Assembly: GCA_041687695.1 (NCBI GenBank)
Contig: JAWLBL010000024.1
Span: forward strand, 1 to 64,000
Source: Myxococcota bacterium
GTDB taxonomy: Bacteria; Myxococcota_A; UBA9042; PHBI01; JAWLBL01
Direction of reading: 5' to 3'
Length of the DNA: 64,000 nt
Under the pieces are notes generated by a model. The model did no database searches and had not been told where the DNA came from. It was given only the letters and a program-made list of their open reading frames with translations. A program made the translations under genes and the position numbers. Below, piece after piece: positions 1 through 9,772 of the stretch. Each line of letters begins with the position of its first letter. Position 1 is the first letter of the stretch.

Positions 1-116
1 GCCCCGGCCCCGGCGGCTTGCCGCCGGGATCTGGCTGCCAAACCGGCGCAGCAAGCTGCGCCGGATGGGGGCTCCACCAAGGTGGAGCACTCCGGTTGGC
101 CCTTCTGGACACCCTC
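1..116. repeat. Partial copy (window edge) of a ~171-bp hairpin-rich MITE-like element; full copy at 35586-35756
   Basis: Near-identical to 35641-35756, ends in GACACCCTC and is followed by TGGAAGCCGGC. Confidence 0.85.
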
Positions 117-142
117 TGGAAGCCGGCGATCCCGGCGGGGCG

Positions 143-526
143 TCAGGGCGCGGAGGCGAAGGCGAGGACGTGGCCGTCGGGGTCCTGGGAGTAGGCGGCG
201 AGGTGGCCCCAGGGGCGGGGGAGGAGGGGGCTGAGCTCGCGGGCGCCGTGGGCGAGGGCGCGGGCGTGGTGGGCGGCGGGGTCGGGGACGAGGAGGTAGA
301 GCTCGGCGCGGGGGACCGGGCCGGCGGCGGCGGGGTCGATGGTAGGGCCGAGGAGGCGGGTGATGTTGGCCTCGGGCATGAGGCCGAGGACCGTCGCCTC
401 GCAGAGGGGGAGCTCGGTCATGCCGGGGACGTCGAGGGTGGGCTCGGTGGCGAGGACGTGCCGGTAGAAGGCGGTCGCCGCGGCCTGGTCGCGGACGTAG
501 AGGATGAGGTGGGCGCGGGTCGGCAT
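143..526 (-). CDS. VOC/glyoxalase family protein
   Basis: ILYVRD...FY and PWG...AYSQDPDGHVL motifs, 127 aa. Confidence 0.85.
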   Translation of the reverse strand: MPTRAHLILYVRDQAAATAFYRHVLATEPTLDVPGMTELPLCEATVLGLMPEANITRLLGPTIDPAAAGPVPRAELYLLVPDPAAHHARALAHGARELSPLLPRPWGHLAAYSQDPDGHVLAFASAP

Positions 527-654
527 TGGGGGCCTCGAGGAGTGAGGGGAGCGGTGGGGCGATTGTGCGCCGGGAGATGACGGGATGTCGCGCGAAGCGG
601 GATTGTCGGGGCGTGGGGCGCGGCTTAGGGTGCGATGGCGTGGAGGTGGACGTG

Positions 655-1350
655 ATGAAGGTCGAGATCTGGTCGGACGTGGTGTGCCCGTGGTGCGGGA
701 TTGGGCAGCGGCGGTTGGAGCGGGCGCTGCAAGGGTTCGAGGGCGAGGTGGAGGTCGTGCATCGGTCGTTTCAGCTGGACCCGGGGTATTCGGGGGCGCC
801 GCGGCCGGTGAGCGACATGCTGCGGGACAAGTATGGGGCCGGCGAGGCGCAGCAGCGGGCGATGAGCGAGCGCATCGAGGCGCTGGCGGCGGCCGAGGGG
901 CTGGCGCCGTACCGGGCCGGGCAGGGGCTGGTGGGCAACACGCGGCTGGTGCACGAGCTGCTGGCGATGGCCGAGGCGCGGGGGCTGGGGGACGCGGCGT
1001 GGCGGGCGGCGTATCGGGCGTACTTCGGGCAGGGGCGGGCGGTGTTCTCGCTGGAGGACGTGGTGGGGCTGGCGGCGGAGGTGGGGCTGGACGCGGAGGA
1101 GGCGCGGGAGGCGTTGGAGGACGGGCGGTATCGGGAGGCGGTCGAGGGGGACCTTCGCGAGGCGCGGGCGCTGGGGGTGACCGGGGTGCCGTTCGTGGTG
1201 GTGGACCGCAAGTACGGCGTGTCGGGGGCGCAGTCGGTGGAGGTGTTCCGGCAGGTGCTGGAGCGGGCGTGGGGAGAGCGGGCGCCGCAGGCCGTCATCG
1301 GCGGGGAAGGCGATGGGACCTGCGGGCCCGAAGGGTGCGAGGTGCCGTAG
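655..1350 (+). CDS. DsbA family oxidoreductase (FrnE-like)
   Basis: WSDVVCPWC, GVTGVPF, SGAQ and C-terminal CGPEGC; ATG at 655 with upstream GGAGG. Confidence 0.9.
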   Translation: MKVEIWSDVVCPWCGIGQRRLERALQGFEGEVEVVHRSFQLDPGYSGAPRPVSDMLRDKYGAGEAQQRAMSERIEALAAAEGLAPYRAGQGLVGNTRLVHELLAMAEARGLGDAAWRAAYRAYFGQGRAVFSLEDVVGLAAEVGLDAEEAREALEDGRYREAVEGDLREARALGVTGVPFVVVDRKYGVSGAQSVEVFRQVLERAWGERAPQAVIGGEGDGTCGPEGCEVP

Positions 1351-1386
1351 GACGGCTGCGGACGGCTGGGGCGGCGCAGGGGCGGG

Positions 1387-1403
1387 GCCGGCTGGAAGTC
1401 GGC
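1387..1403. repeat. REP-like palindrome GCCGGC-TGGAA-GTCGGC (empty target site of the 171-bp element)
   Basis: Lies between convergent genes and matches the reconstructed pre-insertion site at 35575-35767. Confidence 0.55.
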
Positions 1404-1429
1404 GCCCGGGAGAGGTCGCTCGAGGAGGG

Positions 1430-2515
1430 TCAGGCGCCGGCTGGGTAGTCGATGTAGCCCTGGGGGCCCGGGGTGTAGAAGGTCGACGGGTCGGGGGCGA
1501 CGAGGGGGGCGCCGGTGCGGAGCTTGTCCGGCAGGCGCGGGTTGGAGATGAAGGGGCGGCCGAAGGCGATGAGGTCGGCCTTGCCCTCGGTGAGGTCGGC
1601 GTTGGCGCGGCCGGCGTCGTAGCCGCCGGCGAGGATGAGGGGCCCGGGGAAGCGGTCGCGGAGGGTGGTCTTGATGGCCTGCGGGACCGGCGGGGCGCCG
1701 AGGGCGCTGTGGTCGACCACGTGCAGGTAGGCGAGGCCGAGGTCGGACAGGCCCTGGGCGAGGTGGGCGTAGACGGCGTCGTGGTCGGGGTCGCCCTGGG
1801 CGGACATGCCGCAGGAGGCGCCGTAGGGGGAGACGCGCATGGCGACGCGGTCGGGGCCGATGCGGGCGGCGGCGCGGCGGGCGGCCTCGAGGGCGAAGCG
1901 GGCGCGGTTTTCGACGGAGCCGCCCCAGCGGTCGTCGCGGCGGTTGGAGGCGGCGTTCAGGAACTGGTCGATGAGGTAGCCGTTGGCGCCGTGCAGCTCG
2001 ACGCCGTCGAAGCCGGCTTCGAGGGCGAGGGCGGCGGCGTCCGCGAACTCGGTGAGGGCCTGCTCGATGTCGGCCTCGGTCATGGCCTCGGGGACGGGGT
2101 GCGGCTGCGGGCCCTGCTGGATGGTGAACATCTGGCCGGGGGCGGCGACGGCGGAGGGGGCCAGTACGCGGGCGCCGGCGGGAAGGTTCAGCGGGTGGGC
2201 GACGCGGCCGGTGTGCATCAGCTGGACGAAGATGGCGCCGCCGGCGGCGTGGACGGCGTCGGTGACGCGGCGCCAGGCCTGGACGTGCTCGGGGGCGAAG
2301 AGGCCGGGGATGCTGGAGTAGCCGAGGCCGTTGGGCGAGGGCGAGGTGCCCTCGGTGACGATGAGGCCGGCCGAGGCGCGCTGGGCGTAGTAGGTCGCGA
2401 CGATGTCGGCCGGGACGTTGCCAGGCGCGCGCGAGCGGGTCATGGGCGCCATGACGACGCGATTGTTCAGCTGAAGGCGGCCATGGGTGAACGGCTGGAA
2501 GAGGGGGGCGCTCAT
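1430..2515 (-). CDS. nemA: Alkene reductase (Old Yellow Enzyme, NemA-like)
   Basis: MAPMTRSRA, ELHGANGYLIDQF and FGRPFISNP motifs. Confidence 0.9.
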   Translation of the reverse strand: MSAPLFQPFTHGRLQLNNRVVMAPMTRSRAPGNVPADIVATYYAQRASAGLIVTEGTSPSPNGLGYSSIPGLFAPEHVQAWRRVTDAVHAAGGAIFVQLMHTGRVAHPLNLPAGARVLAPSAVAAPGQMFTIQQGPQPHPVPEAMTEADIEQALTEFADAAALALEAGFDGVELHGANGYLIDQFLNAASNRRDDRWGGSVENRARFALEAARRAAARIGPDRVAMRVSPYGASCGMSAQGDPDHDAVYAHLAQGLSDLGLAYLHVVDHSALGAPPVPQAIKTTLRDRFPGPLILAGGYDAGRANADLTEGKADLIAFGRPFISNPRLPDKLRTGAPLVAPDPSTFYTPGPQGYIDYPAGA

Positions 2516-2737
2516 GGGATCCTCTGGAGTCCTTGCGGGTTGGGTACGGCTGTCCCGAAGCTAGGGGCGGGACGGAGGGCCAACAATCGCCAATCCATGG
2601 ATAGACTGTTCGCCCGTGAGAACGATGGGCGGCTGTCCCCGTGGGATTGGGGTGCGGTTACCTGTGTGCACCTGGTCACTGTTTGTGACCTGGGCTAGGA
2701 TGGTTCCCGGTGACGGCGGCCGCAAGGAGGCACTTTC

Positions 2738-3142
2738 ATGTCACGTGGTTACAGCGATGTGCCCCGGGAGGGCGGACCCGGCGAGGCGTCGTGCGCGGGG
2801 GCCCGCGAGATCCTGAACCGCGTGGGCGACAAGTGGAGCGTGTTCGTGGTGCGGGTCCTGGGGCCCGGCCCGATGCGCTTCAACGAGATCAAGCGGGCGG
2901 TGGACGGCATCTCGCAGCGGATGCTGACGCTGACGCTGCGGGGGCTCGAGCGCGACGGGCTGGTGACGCGGACGGTGTACCCGACGGTGCCGCCGCGGGT
3001 GGACTACGAGCTGACCGAGCTGGGGCGCACGTTGCTGGAGCCGGTCTGCGCGCTGGTGGCGTGGGCCAACGCGCACCGCGCGGAGATCCTGCAGGCGCGC
3101 GAACGCTTCGACGAGGCGGCGGGCGAGCCAGGCCTCGGCTGA
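2738..3142 (+). CDS. HxlR family transcriptional regulator
   Basis: GDKWS, ISQRMLTLTLRGLERDGLV and PPRVDYELT; divergent from the OYE gene. Confidence 0.92.
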   Translation: MSRGYSDVPREGGPGEASCAGAREILNRVGDKWSVFVVRVLGPGPMRFNEIKRAVDGISQRMLTLTLRGLERDGLVTRTVYPTVPPRVDYELTELGRTLLEPVCALVAWANAHRAEILQARERFDEAAGEPGLG

Positions 3143-3459
3143 CGCGGCCACGTCGCGCTGGGCGTCGGCGGAGAGGCGTTCGCGAGGGCCGACGCGTCAC
3201 CCATCGATGCGCGACCGCCGTCCACCTGGGCCGAGGTGTCTCCGGATGGCCCGTCCACCCCGCCTTGCGTGCGACGCAGGGTTGTCGCGTGTCGGCCCCG
3301 GCGGCGCCGCTTGCTGTCGAGCATTGGGTCGTGCTAGGCCTAGGATCCCAGGTCATTCGAGCACCCGCGCGCTGCCCCGATCGGAGGCCGTTTCGCGATT
3401 CCATATGAGCGTTGCAGCCGTGACCGTTGCATCGTCAGCGCCAACGAAGGAGGCCAACC

Positions 3460-3981
3460 ATGAAGGTGTTCGTGGGCGGTCCGATACAGTTCATGAGCGG
3501 GGACCCGGTGCTCCTTTCGACAATGAAGGAAGCCGTGGGATCATTGATCCAGGCGCTTCAGGTCGAGGGGATCCAAGTCCATAATGCTCACCTCGTCGAG
3601 CACTTCGGAGCGACCAGCGACGAGTGGCACCCATGCTCCATCTCCGAGCGCGACCTGGGCTGGATGCGTGATTGTGACGCGTTCGTGGCCCTGTTGCCGC
3701 CCGACGGGCATGGGAACCTGGCGCGCACCGATGGTACCCACGTGGAGTTGGGCTGGGCCTCGGCGCTGGGAAAGCCCATCGTGTTGGTCGTCGACTCGAG
3801 CCTCGTCCCGCAGTGCAGCCAACTCGTACAGGGGCTCTCTGCCATCGCTGCGGTGCAGTGGTTCGACTTTGCCGATGCGGTGAGGGACCCGAGCGCGCTG
3901 GTCCGCCTGGTCCGAGGGTTCACTCTGAATGCCGCCGAGCGCATCCCGAGTGCAGCGCCGAGCCGTGTCCAAGCACGTTGA
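3460..3981 (+). CDS. Nucleoside 2-deoxyribosyltransferase family (hm)CMP N-glycosidase, BlsM/MilB-like
   Basis: VFVGGP, D-x-FVA and GTHVELGWASALGKPIV motifs; AAGGAGG RBS before ATG 3460. Confidence 0.8.
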   Translation: MKVFVGGPIQFMSGDPVLLSTMKEAVGSLIQALQVEGIQVHNAHLVEHFGATSDEWHPCSISERDLGWMRDCDAFVALLPPDGHGNLARTDGTHVELGWASALGKPIVLVVDSSLVPQCSQLVQGLSAIAAVQWFDFADAVRDPSALVRLVRGFTLNAAERIPSAAPSRVQAR

Positions 3982-5057
3982 GTTCGCGCGCGCCCACCGT
4001 GGCATCGGTTGCACTCGTCTGGACGCAGCCAGGTAGCCAACTCCGAGAGCCCATGCCCTTCATGGTCAGTCGTCCACAGCCGTTGGAGCCGGAGAGTCTG
4101 GAGACCCGGTGGCGAAACGCCTACGCCGCCGCCGCGTTCTCGCCATTCGACGGCTACGAGGTGGCCTCGTCCGTGCCATCCGGCGCCGTGTCTGTGGCCG
4201 CCGGTGGCCTGCTGGGCTGCTACACGCGCGAGGGGGAGCTGGCCGTGTCCGTGCACACGGGCTCCGGCGTCCTCCGGGAGTCGGAGCGCTTTTGCGTGCG
4301 CACGCACTTCGAGCGCGTCCAGGCGGAGTCGGGCGCGTCCTCGGTGGTGTTGCCCATGGTGCATGAAGATCACCCCTTGGCCCGCGCCCTGTACGACCTG
4401 CAGGGAGCCCTCATCCTGCCTCGGCGGCCCACGGCTCAAATCGACTGGAGCGACGACGGCGCCTCCCTTTGGCGACGGTGTGAGGCGCGGCTGGGGACCC
4501 GGGCCGGACGCCGCCGCAGGCGGTTCGAGTCCGCGGGGTACGTCCTGACGACGCTGCGCGGCCGGGACGCCATGGACGCCATCGTCGAGGTCGAATCGAA
4601 GAGTTGGAAGGCGGCCGCGGGCCAGGGCATGGTCACCCGCGGACAGGTCGATCTGTACTCGGCGCTCCTCGGGAGCGCCGGCGGGAGCGCGCGTGTCGTC
4701 CTGTTCGAGGGGCAGCCCGTAGCCTATCGGCTGGACCACGTCGTAGGACGGACGCTGTGGTGTCTGAAGTGGAGCTTCGACGAGGGCCACCGTGCGACCT
4801 CGCCCGGATTCTACCTGCTGGCAGCCGACCTACCCCGCAGCGTAGAGGGCCTGGCTTTGGACCTCGTAGACCTGGCAGGCAGCCCGGATCACCTCAAGGT
4901 GAGTCTGCAGACCGGGACGCGCGAGCGCACAGCGTTCGCCTGGCCCGCCTCGGAGGCGGCGCGGCGCTGGTGCCGCGAGCGCCGCGCCCATGACGAGCGG
5001 ACCCGCCAGACCTGGCGCGCGGGCCATGGCATCCGACATGGCTACGAGGCTCCATGA
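3978..5057 (+). CDS. GNAT family (CelD/BcsL-like) protein; start uncertain (TTG 3978 or ATG 4053)
   Basis: VESKSWK and KWSFDEG...SPGFYLL resemble Acetyltransf_6; stop overlaps the next ATG. Confidence 0.6.
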   Translation: MSSRAPTVASVALVWTQPGSQLREPMPFMVSRPQPLEPESLETRWRNAYAAAAFSPFDGYEVASSVPSGAVSVAAGGLLGCYTREGELAVSVHTGSGVLRESERFCVRTHFERVQAESGASSVVLPMVHEDHPLARALYDLQGALILPRRPTAQIDWSDDGASLWRRCEARLGTRAGRRRRRFESAGYVLTTLRGRDAMDAIVEVESKSWKAAAGQGMVTRGQVDLYSALLGSAGGSARVVLFEGQPVAYRLDHVVGRTLWCLKWSFDEGHRATSPGFYLLAADLPRSVEGLALDLVDLAGSPDHLKVSLQTGTRERTAFAWPASEAARRWCRERRAHDERTRQTWRAGHGIRHGYEAP

Positions 5058-6040
5058 ACGGTCCAAGGATCGCCATCATTCGCCTGCTGGAGGCCTGCAA
5101 CGCGGGTTGCTTCATGTGCGACTTCGCCTGGTCCCGCACGCCTGTGAAGCTGACGCTCGCAGAGGCGCTCGCCCTGGTACGGCCCCTGAGCAGCGGGAGC
5201 GTCCGAGCCGTACGCTTCACCGGGGGCGAGCCGTTGCTCGTTCCCTGGCTGCCCGAGCTGGTGGACGCCTGCCGACGAGCGGGGCTCCTCGTCAGCACGC
5301 TCAGCAACGGCTGGCATCTCGCCGAGCGTGGGCCCGAGCTTGCCTCGGCGGGGCTCTCGCAGGTCGTCGTCAGCCTGGACGGCAGCCGGGCGCCCTCGCA
5401 CGACCGCTTTCGCCGCACGCCGGGCCTGTTCGACCGGCTGATTGAGGGCATCCGCTGGTTCCGGGCGCACGCACCCGCCGTCCGGCTGCGGGTCAACACG
5501 GTAGCCGGTCCTCACAACGTCGAGCAGCTCCCGGGGATTTGGGCCCTGCTCGAAGCCGAGGGGGTCGAGCAGTGGTCCATCATCCCTCTCAAGCGGGCCG
5601 ATGGAGCCTGGCGGAGCGCGACCGAGGACCGACTCCTCGCGTCCATGGCCGACCTCGAGGCCCTTGCGTCGTCTGGACGCGGCCCCCACTTGATGGGCTT
5701 CAGCGCACGCTGGGCCGGTCGCGATGAGGCCGAGCTGGGCAACCTCACCCGGGGCGACCGCAGCTTCACGCCGCGCGGTGAGTGCCGACTGGTGGACGCC
5801 GTGCGTTACGTCGTCCCGGACGAGGACCGCTCCTATCCATGCAACTGCGTGCCTCACCGCACGCAGGGGCGAGTCCTGGGGGAAGGGCTGGACGCCGATA
5901 CGTTCACGAGCAACGGCCTGCGGACGGCCAGAGACTGGCTCCGGGTCCACGGCCCCGAAGGCTGCACCGGCTGCGAGCCGGTGAACGCTGCGCTGGGCGA
6001 GGGCCTCATCGACCTCGACGAGGATCCGCTGGGTTTTTGA
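5054..6040 (+). CDS. Radical SAM enzyme, BlsE/MilG-like (acts on cytosylglucuronate)
   Basis: IRLLEACNAGCFMCDFA (CxxxCxxC), RFTGGEPL and C-terminal YPCNC...CTGC cysteines. Confidence 0.82.
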   Translation: MNGPRIAIIRLLEACNAGCFMCDFAWSRTPVKLTLAEALALVRPLSSGSVRAVRFTGGEPLLVPWLPELVDACRRAGLLVSTLSNGWHLAERGPELASAGLSQVVVSLDGSRAPSHDRFRRTPGLFDRLIEGIRWFRAHAPAVRLRVNTVAGPHNVEQLPGIWALLEAEGVEQWSIIPLKRADGAWRSATEDRLLASMADLEALASSGRGPHLMGFSARWAGRDEAELGNLTRGDRSFTPRGECRLVDAVRYVVPDEDRSYPCNCVPHRTQGRVLGEGLDADTFTSNGLRTARDWLRVHGPEGCTGCEPVNAALGEGLIDLDEDPLGF

Positions 6041-6052
6041 GGAGGTATCGCC

Positions 6053-7003
6053 GTGATGCACCCCCCCGGCCCCGAGCTCGACGCGGCGACCACCCGCATC
6101 GCCCGGGAGTATGGCAAGCAGACCGGCTTGCTGACCGCCTCGGGCATGGCAGCGATCGAATGCGCGCTCCGTTGGTCGGGGATCGGGCCGCGCGACTGGG
6201 TCGTGGTGCCGTCGGAGTGCTGCCACCGGGTGGTGGCCGCGGTCCTCGCGGTCGGGGCCCGGCCCCTGCTCGCGGACGCCCACGCCGATCTCTGCCTGTC
6301 ACCCGTCTCCCTGGCGCGCGCCCTCGAGGCGCTCCCGCGGCCGCACGTGCCCCGCGCGCTGGTCGCCGTGCACCACCTTGGCCTTCCCTGCGACGTGGCC
6401 GGACTTCGCGCCGTCGTGGGAGCCGAGGTGCTCATCATAGAGGACGCGGCCCAGGCCTTCGGCCTCGAGGCCCGGGGTGCCCCGGTGGGGAGCCACAGCG
6501 ACCTGGTCGTCACCTCCTTCGGCGCCACCAAGCCACTTTCGCTCAACGGCGGGGGCGGCGTGTTCGGATCCGCCGAGGCGCTGGCCCCGTCGCTCCCAGA
6601 GCGGGACTTGCCGCGCCTTCCTTGCGCCGCGCCGTTGCACCCGGCCGCCGTGGCGGGGCTCGACGCCGCCCTCGTCGCCGCGCGCGCTCGGGTCGCCGCC
6701 CGTAGGGCATGGGTGCAGGCGCGCCGGCCGCTCCTCGAGGCGCTCGGGTTGTCATCCTGGCGTCCCGCGCCCGGAGACGTGCCCTCCTGGCACCGACTGC
6801 CCTTGCGTGGTACGGCCGAGGCCATCCATGGGGCCGGCCTCGAGGGCCACGTCCAGAGCCCCCACCAGCTCCCGCTCTGGGAGCTCCCCATGTTCGCAGA
6901 CGCCGCCCTCCGTCCGGCCACCCGGGCGCGTCATCGGCTGCTCCGGCTCGATGACCTCGACGGGCTCGACGTGGCGCTGGGCTTGGCAGAGAGGGTCGCA
7001 TGA
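6053..7003 (+). CDS. DegT/DnrJ/EryC1/StrS aminotransferase family (short, divergent C-terminus)
   Basis: SGMAAI, IEDAAQAFG and SFGATKPL (PLP lysine). Confidence 0.8.
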   Translation: MMHPPGPELDAATTRIAREYGKQTGLLTASGMAAIECALRWSGIGPRDWVVVPSECCHRVVAAVLAVGARPLLADAHADLCLSPVSLARALEALPRPHVPRALVAVHHLGLPCDVAGLRAVVGAEVLIIEDAAQAFGLEARGAPVGSHSDLVVTSFGATKPLSLNGGGGVFGSAEALAPSLPERDLPRLPCAAPLHPAAVAGLDAALVAARARVAARRAWVQARRPLLEALGLSSWRPAPGDVPSWHRLPLRGTAEAIHGAGLEGHVQSPHQLPLWELPMFADAALRPATRARHRLLRLDDLDGLDVALGLAERVA

Positions 7004-8124
7004 GCCGCCCGATCCTCAACCCGGCCGCGCTCGGCGCCCTGACCATCGGTGAGGACGAGCGGAGGGCCGTGCTCGACGTGCTCAGCCGGAGGGAGCTCTT
7101 TCGGCACTTCGATGGCGCGAGCGAGTGCGACGCCCTCGAGCGCGAGCTCGGCACTCTCATGGACGCCAAGGCGCTGGTGCTCGGTTCGGGGACGTCGGCC
7201 CTTCGCGCGGCCCTCGTCGCGCTGGGCGTCGCCCGCGGGGACGTCGTGCTCGTCAGCGCCTGGACCTTCGTGGCGTCCGCCTCCGCCGTGATCTCCCTCG
7301 GCGCGTGTCCCCGCCCCGTGGACTCGGGGCCCGACCTCGGCGTCGATGTGAATGACTACCAGCGCAAGAGCTACGGAGCGGCTGCGGCGGTGCTCACCTA
7401 CCTGCCCGGGCACGCCAGCAACATCCACCTGCTCCCGCCCGTGGTCCCGGTGATCGAGGACGCCTGTCAGGCGCTGGGCGTCGGGGCTGGGTCCAGGATG
7501 GCCGGCGCCTGCGCGCACATCGGCGTCACCAGCTTCCAGCAAGGCAAGCAACTCAGCGCCGGTGAGGGCGGCGCCCTGTTCGCGCGAGAGCTGGCCCACG
7601 TCGAGGCCGCCCGCCGGTTCTCCGACCACGGCGCCGTCCGTGACGGGACGCCCGATTGGGAAGACCCCCGAGCGGACGTCGGCGAGAACCTGCGGATGAC
7701 CGAGCTGCAGGCGGCGCTGCTGCGGCCCCAACTCCGTCGCCTCCCTGGCATGCTGGCGGCCCAGCGCAACCTCAGGGACGCGCTGCGGGAGATCCTCCGA
7801 CGGCGTGGACTGCCAATCCTCGACAGCCGCCGCCCCGATGAGGACGCGGGGAGCCACCTCCTCATCCTCGCCGACAGCGCCGAGCAGGCTCGACGCTGGA
7901 GCCTCGCCGCCCGGGAGTCGGGGGTGCTGCTGCGTCAGGTCTGGCCCACGTGCTGGATGGATCTCGGCAGCCTTCGCCGCCGAGGCCTGCAGACGGACGC
8001 TGACGATTGCCCTCGGGCGCGGGACTGGGCTCCTCGGACGCTGGCGTTGCCGGTGCCGCCCCTGACGGGCGAAGCCGCGGTTGCCCTGCTCGAAGCCGTC
8101 GAGGAGTCCGCGCCATGGGCCTGA
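7000..8124 (+). CDS. DegT/DnrJ/EryC1/StrS aminotransferase (BlsH/MilD-like role inferred)
   Basis: SGTSAL, IEDACQALG, SFQQGKQLSAGEGG and NLRMTELQAA. Confidence 0.88.
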   Translation: MSRPILNPAALGALTIGEDERRAVLDVLSRRELFRHFDGASECDALERELGTLMDAKALVLGSGTSALRAALVALGVARGDVVLVSAWTFVASASAVISLGACPRPVDSGPDLGVDVNDYQRKSYGAAAAVLTYLPGHASNIHLLPPVVPVIEDACQALGVGAGSRMAGACAHIGVTSFQQGKQLSAGEGGALFARELAHVEAARRFSDHGAVRDGTPDWEDPRADVGENLRMTELQAALLRPQLRRLPGMLAAQRNLRDALREILRRRGLPILDSRRPDEDAGSHLLILADSAEQARRWSLAARESGVLLRQVWPTCWMDLGSLRRRGLQTDADDCPRARDWAPRTLALPVPPLTGEAAVALLEAVEESAPWA

Positions 8125-9062
8125 AGGTCGAGGCCGTCGCCCCAGACAGCTTCGCCCACCCCGCAGGGGACCTGGAGGTGTGGCAGGATCCGGCCACGGC
8201 TCCCCTGTTGGGCCCCTGCCGTCTCTGGGTGGCCTGGCGCCGCGGTGCGGTGGTCGGCAGCTGGCTCACCCCGACGCGGGGAGATGGCCGGGAGGCCGCC
8301 CGTGACGTGCGCGTACTACCCTACGCGTCGCCATGGCTCGCCCCTGGATCCGCGGATCGGCGTCGCCGTGTGTGGCGCGCGCTCCTCGAGGCCGTCGTCG
8401 CCGAGGTCGACCTCCTCGAGCTGCCCATGAGCCCCGGGTTCGATGGGCTCGGCGCGCTCAGCGCCGTGGGCTGCCTCGTAGAGACCCGCCACACCCATCT
8501 GCTCGAAGGTCTGCAGGCCCCGCAGGCCTCGTTCAGCCCCACGGCCCGGGCCCACGCGAGACGCGCCGCGGCGACCGTGCGCGTGACGCCACAGGCCGTG
8601 GACGCCTTCGACTTCGCGCGCGCCATCCACGGCGCCTCCGAGGCCAGCCTTGCTCGGCGCCGACGGTTCGCTACGTGCCTGGCGGAGCAGGGACGAGCCT
8701 GGGCGTTGGCGGCTCACTGCGAGGGGCGACCGCTCGGCGGGATCGTCGGCATCCGCTCGGCCGAGACCATCGTCGCGATGCACTCGTGGCACGATCGAGC
8801 CGGCCCGAGCGGCATACCGAGCCAGCTCGTCCTCGCGCTCGCTCGCCTCGCGCACGCGCACGGCGCCCGACGTGTCGACCTGGAGGGATCCGTCATCGCA
8901 GGCGTGGATCGCTTCATGGACACGGTCTCTTCGAGGGTCCTCCCGGTCCCCCACGTGCACTGGGCTCGCTCGCGGCGGCGACTGCTACTCAGCCTCGAAG
9001 AATCCCTGGCCATCCCGGGTCGCGTGGACCTCTGCGACCGCAGCGACGAGGGGCAACCATGA
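8115..9062 (+). CDS. GNAT/FemAB-like protein
   Basis: C-terminal VDLEGSVIAGVDRFM resembles the DFEGS motif of FemAB-related GNATs; coupled to both neighbours. Confidence 0.6.
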   Translation: MGLKVEAVAPDSFAHPAGDLEVWQDPATAPLLGPCRLWVAWRRGAVVGSWLTPTRGDGREAARDVRVLPYASPWLAPGSADRRRRVWRALLEAVVAEVDLLELPMSPGFDGLGALSAVGCLVETRHTHLLEGLQAPQASFSPTARAHARRAAATVRVTPQAVDAFDFARAIHGASEASLARRRRFATCLAEQGRAWALAAHCEGRPLGGIVGIRSAETIVAMHSWHDRAGPSGIPSQLVLALARLAHAHGARRVDLEGSVIAGVDRFMDTVSSRVLPVPHVHWARSRRRLLLSLEESLAIPGRVDLCDRSDEGQP

Positions 9063-9772
9063 GCGGCGAGTTGCTGGCGCTGCTCTATGACTGGCACAAC
9101 CGTCACCGGCTGAGCCGTCAGGCCGCCGACGTGCCCTTCTATCGGGACCTTCTACCCTCTGGGCGTGTCTGGGTCCTCGGCGCCGGGACCGGTCGCCTGG
9201 CCGTCCCGCTGGCCCGCTCAGGACGGCAGGTCGTGGCCGTCGACCGGGACGTCGCCCGACTGGACCGCATCCCAGACACCCCCGGGCTCTCGCGTTGGCA
9301 CGGCGACATCGCCCATCTGCCAGAGGCCGCCGACGCGGCGGCGGTGGCGCCCTACAGCACCCTCCAGCTCGTCTCCACACACGACCTGGCGGACTGCTTG
9401 CTGGGCGCTAGCCGGGTGCTCGGCCCCGACGGAGCGCTATGGTGCGATCTCAGCGACAGCTTCCAGGCGCGTCAGGGACACGCGCGTCGGCGCGTGATCG
9501 TCGCCGAGTGCCCCGAGCTGGGCGGGCCAGTGGCCGAGGACCAGGAGACCGTCGTGCACGCCGATCGCATCGAGCTGCGCGCTTGGTGGTCATTGCGCAG
9601 GCAGCCACTGGCCCACACCGTCGAGCACTGGCACTTCCATCCCACGCCGACGATCGTAGCAGCCGCCACCTCCGTGGGTCTGAGGCTGCTCGAGGAGCTG
9701 CGTGGATACGGGGCGCCCGAGACGCTGCATCGGCGCATCCTGGTCTTCGGGCGAGCCGGGAGGCGCGCGTGA
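9059..9772 (+). CDS. Class I SAM-dependent methyltransferase
   Basis: LYDW...DVPFY, VLGAGTGR, VAVD; ATGA overlap. Confidence 0.82.
   Translation: MSGELLALLYDWHNRHRLSRQAADVPFYRDLLPSGRVWVLGAGTGRLAVPLARSGRQVVAVDRDVARLDRIPDTPGLSRWHGDIAHLPEAADAAAVAPYSTLQLVSTHDLADCLLGASRVLGPDGALWCDLSDSFQARQGHARRRVIVAECPELGGPVAEDQETVVHADRIELRAWWSLRRQPLAHTVEHWHFHPTPTIVAAATSVGLRLLEELRGYGAPETLHRRILVFGRAGRRA

Noticed and set aside
5054..6040. Prokaryotic viperin
   Set aside because: The sequence around the CxxxCxxC motif and the gene context fit BlsE-like enzymes better; a formal HMM comparison is still needed
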